Shown one piece after another: positions 63,731 through 64,000 of a stretch of DNA of 64,000 nt. The stretch is from a virus. Position 1 is the stretch's first letter; every line of letters begins with the position of its first letter. The stretch covers positions 96,001 to 160,000 of the IMG/VR virus record IMGVR_UViG_3300025584_000449. One strand, given 5' to 3'. The notes under the pieces are model-generated. The model made no database searches, was not told where the DNA came from, and saw only the letters and a list, made by a program, of their open reading frames with translations. The position numbers were made by a program, and so were the translations under genes.

Positions 63731-64000
63731 ATGCACGGTAATGCTCCATTAGTACAAGTATACCATAATTTATCACAGCTGCTAAATGAAGAAAATCTTA
63801 ATAATTTAGCACCTATTTTTCATAGACCTATAGACCAGCATACAGGTATAAACATTACTGGTAAATTCAGTACTACAGATAATACTGAATTAGGTGAGAT
63901 GTCTTATGTTACTGTTATGAGAAATGCCACAACACATTTGCCTCATGATGGTTATGGTCTAGCTTGGCGTAAACAGCCTGAGTTCTTGGTTGATTGTGCA
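63731..64000 (+). CDS. Baseplate-region protein, truncated by the window end
   Basis: SD TAAGGA then ATG 63731; open to the end of the window (MHGNAPLVQV...). Confidence 0.5.
   Translation, partial: MHGNAPLVQVYHNLSQLLNEENLNNLAPIFHRPIDQHTGINITGKFSTTDNTELGEMSYVTVMRNATTHLPHDGYGLAWRKQPEFLVDCA

Noticed and set aside
63719-63733. In-frame TAA after the baseplate J gene with the same frame continuing (possible premature stop or readthrough)
   Set aside because: TAAGGA forms an SD 6 nt before an in-frame ATG (63731), matching other junctions here such as TAAGGAAATTAGAATG; best read as two genes.
1-64000. Stop-codon reassignment, as seen in some large phages
   Set aside because: TAA, TAG and TGA all terminate well-formed genes and coding density is high with the standard code.
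1-64000. tRNA genes, rRNA or CRISPR arrays
   Set aside because: Intergenic gaps are short and accounted for by promoters and terminators; no cloverleaf or repeat-spacer pattern was seen by eye (tRNAscan/CRT not run).

Overview
This 64 kb window is part of a large, AT-rich, contractile-tailed dsDNA phage genome (myovirus-like Caudoviricetes) that uses the standard genetic code. It has three blocks. (1) + strand, 14-20360: Pol-beta-type nucleotidyltransferase, terminase large subunit, head cluster (HK97/assemblin-type prohead protease, acidic scaffolds, decoration protein, major capsid), fibre/neck genes, tail sheath and tail tube. (2) - strand, 20422-51606: family A DNA polymerase split by a group I intron carrying an HNH endonuclease, an RpoD-like sigma factor, a holin-like gene, class II RNR, dUTPase, RecU, an 11-gene glycosyltransferase/methyltransferase island, recombination and replication genes (DUF669-like SSB, AAA ATPase, exonuclease, MBL hydrolase, primase-helicase, SF2 helicase), CCA-like NTase-HD, IMPDH/GMPR and peptide deformylase. 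(3) + strand, 51751-64000: tail chaperone with a -1 frameshift, tape measure, baseplate genes and a second sigma-like gene. The most striking observation is a translationally coupled, phage-encoded ubiquitin-like operon: Ubl ending in Gly-Gly, JAB protease and E1/ThiF enzyme (24264-25536), preceded by a 792-aa unknown protein, with no sulfur-cofactor genes in the window. Other notable signals are a strongly enriched K-x-A motif in head proteins (candidate maturation-protease site), a shared CTTGAC-N18-TATATT promoter upstream of five late modules, a homing endonuclease ORF that runs through the intron ribozyme core, and a frameshifted Nmad1/DUF1599-like gene. All product calls come from visual motif recognition; no database searches were run.
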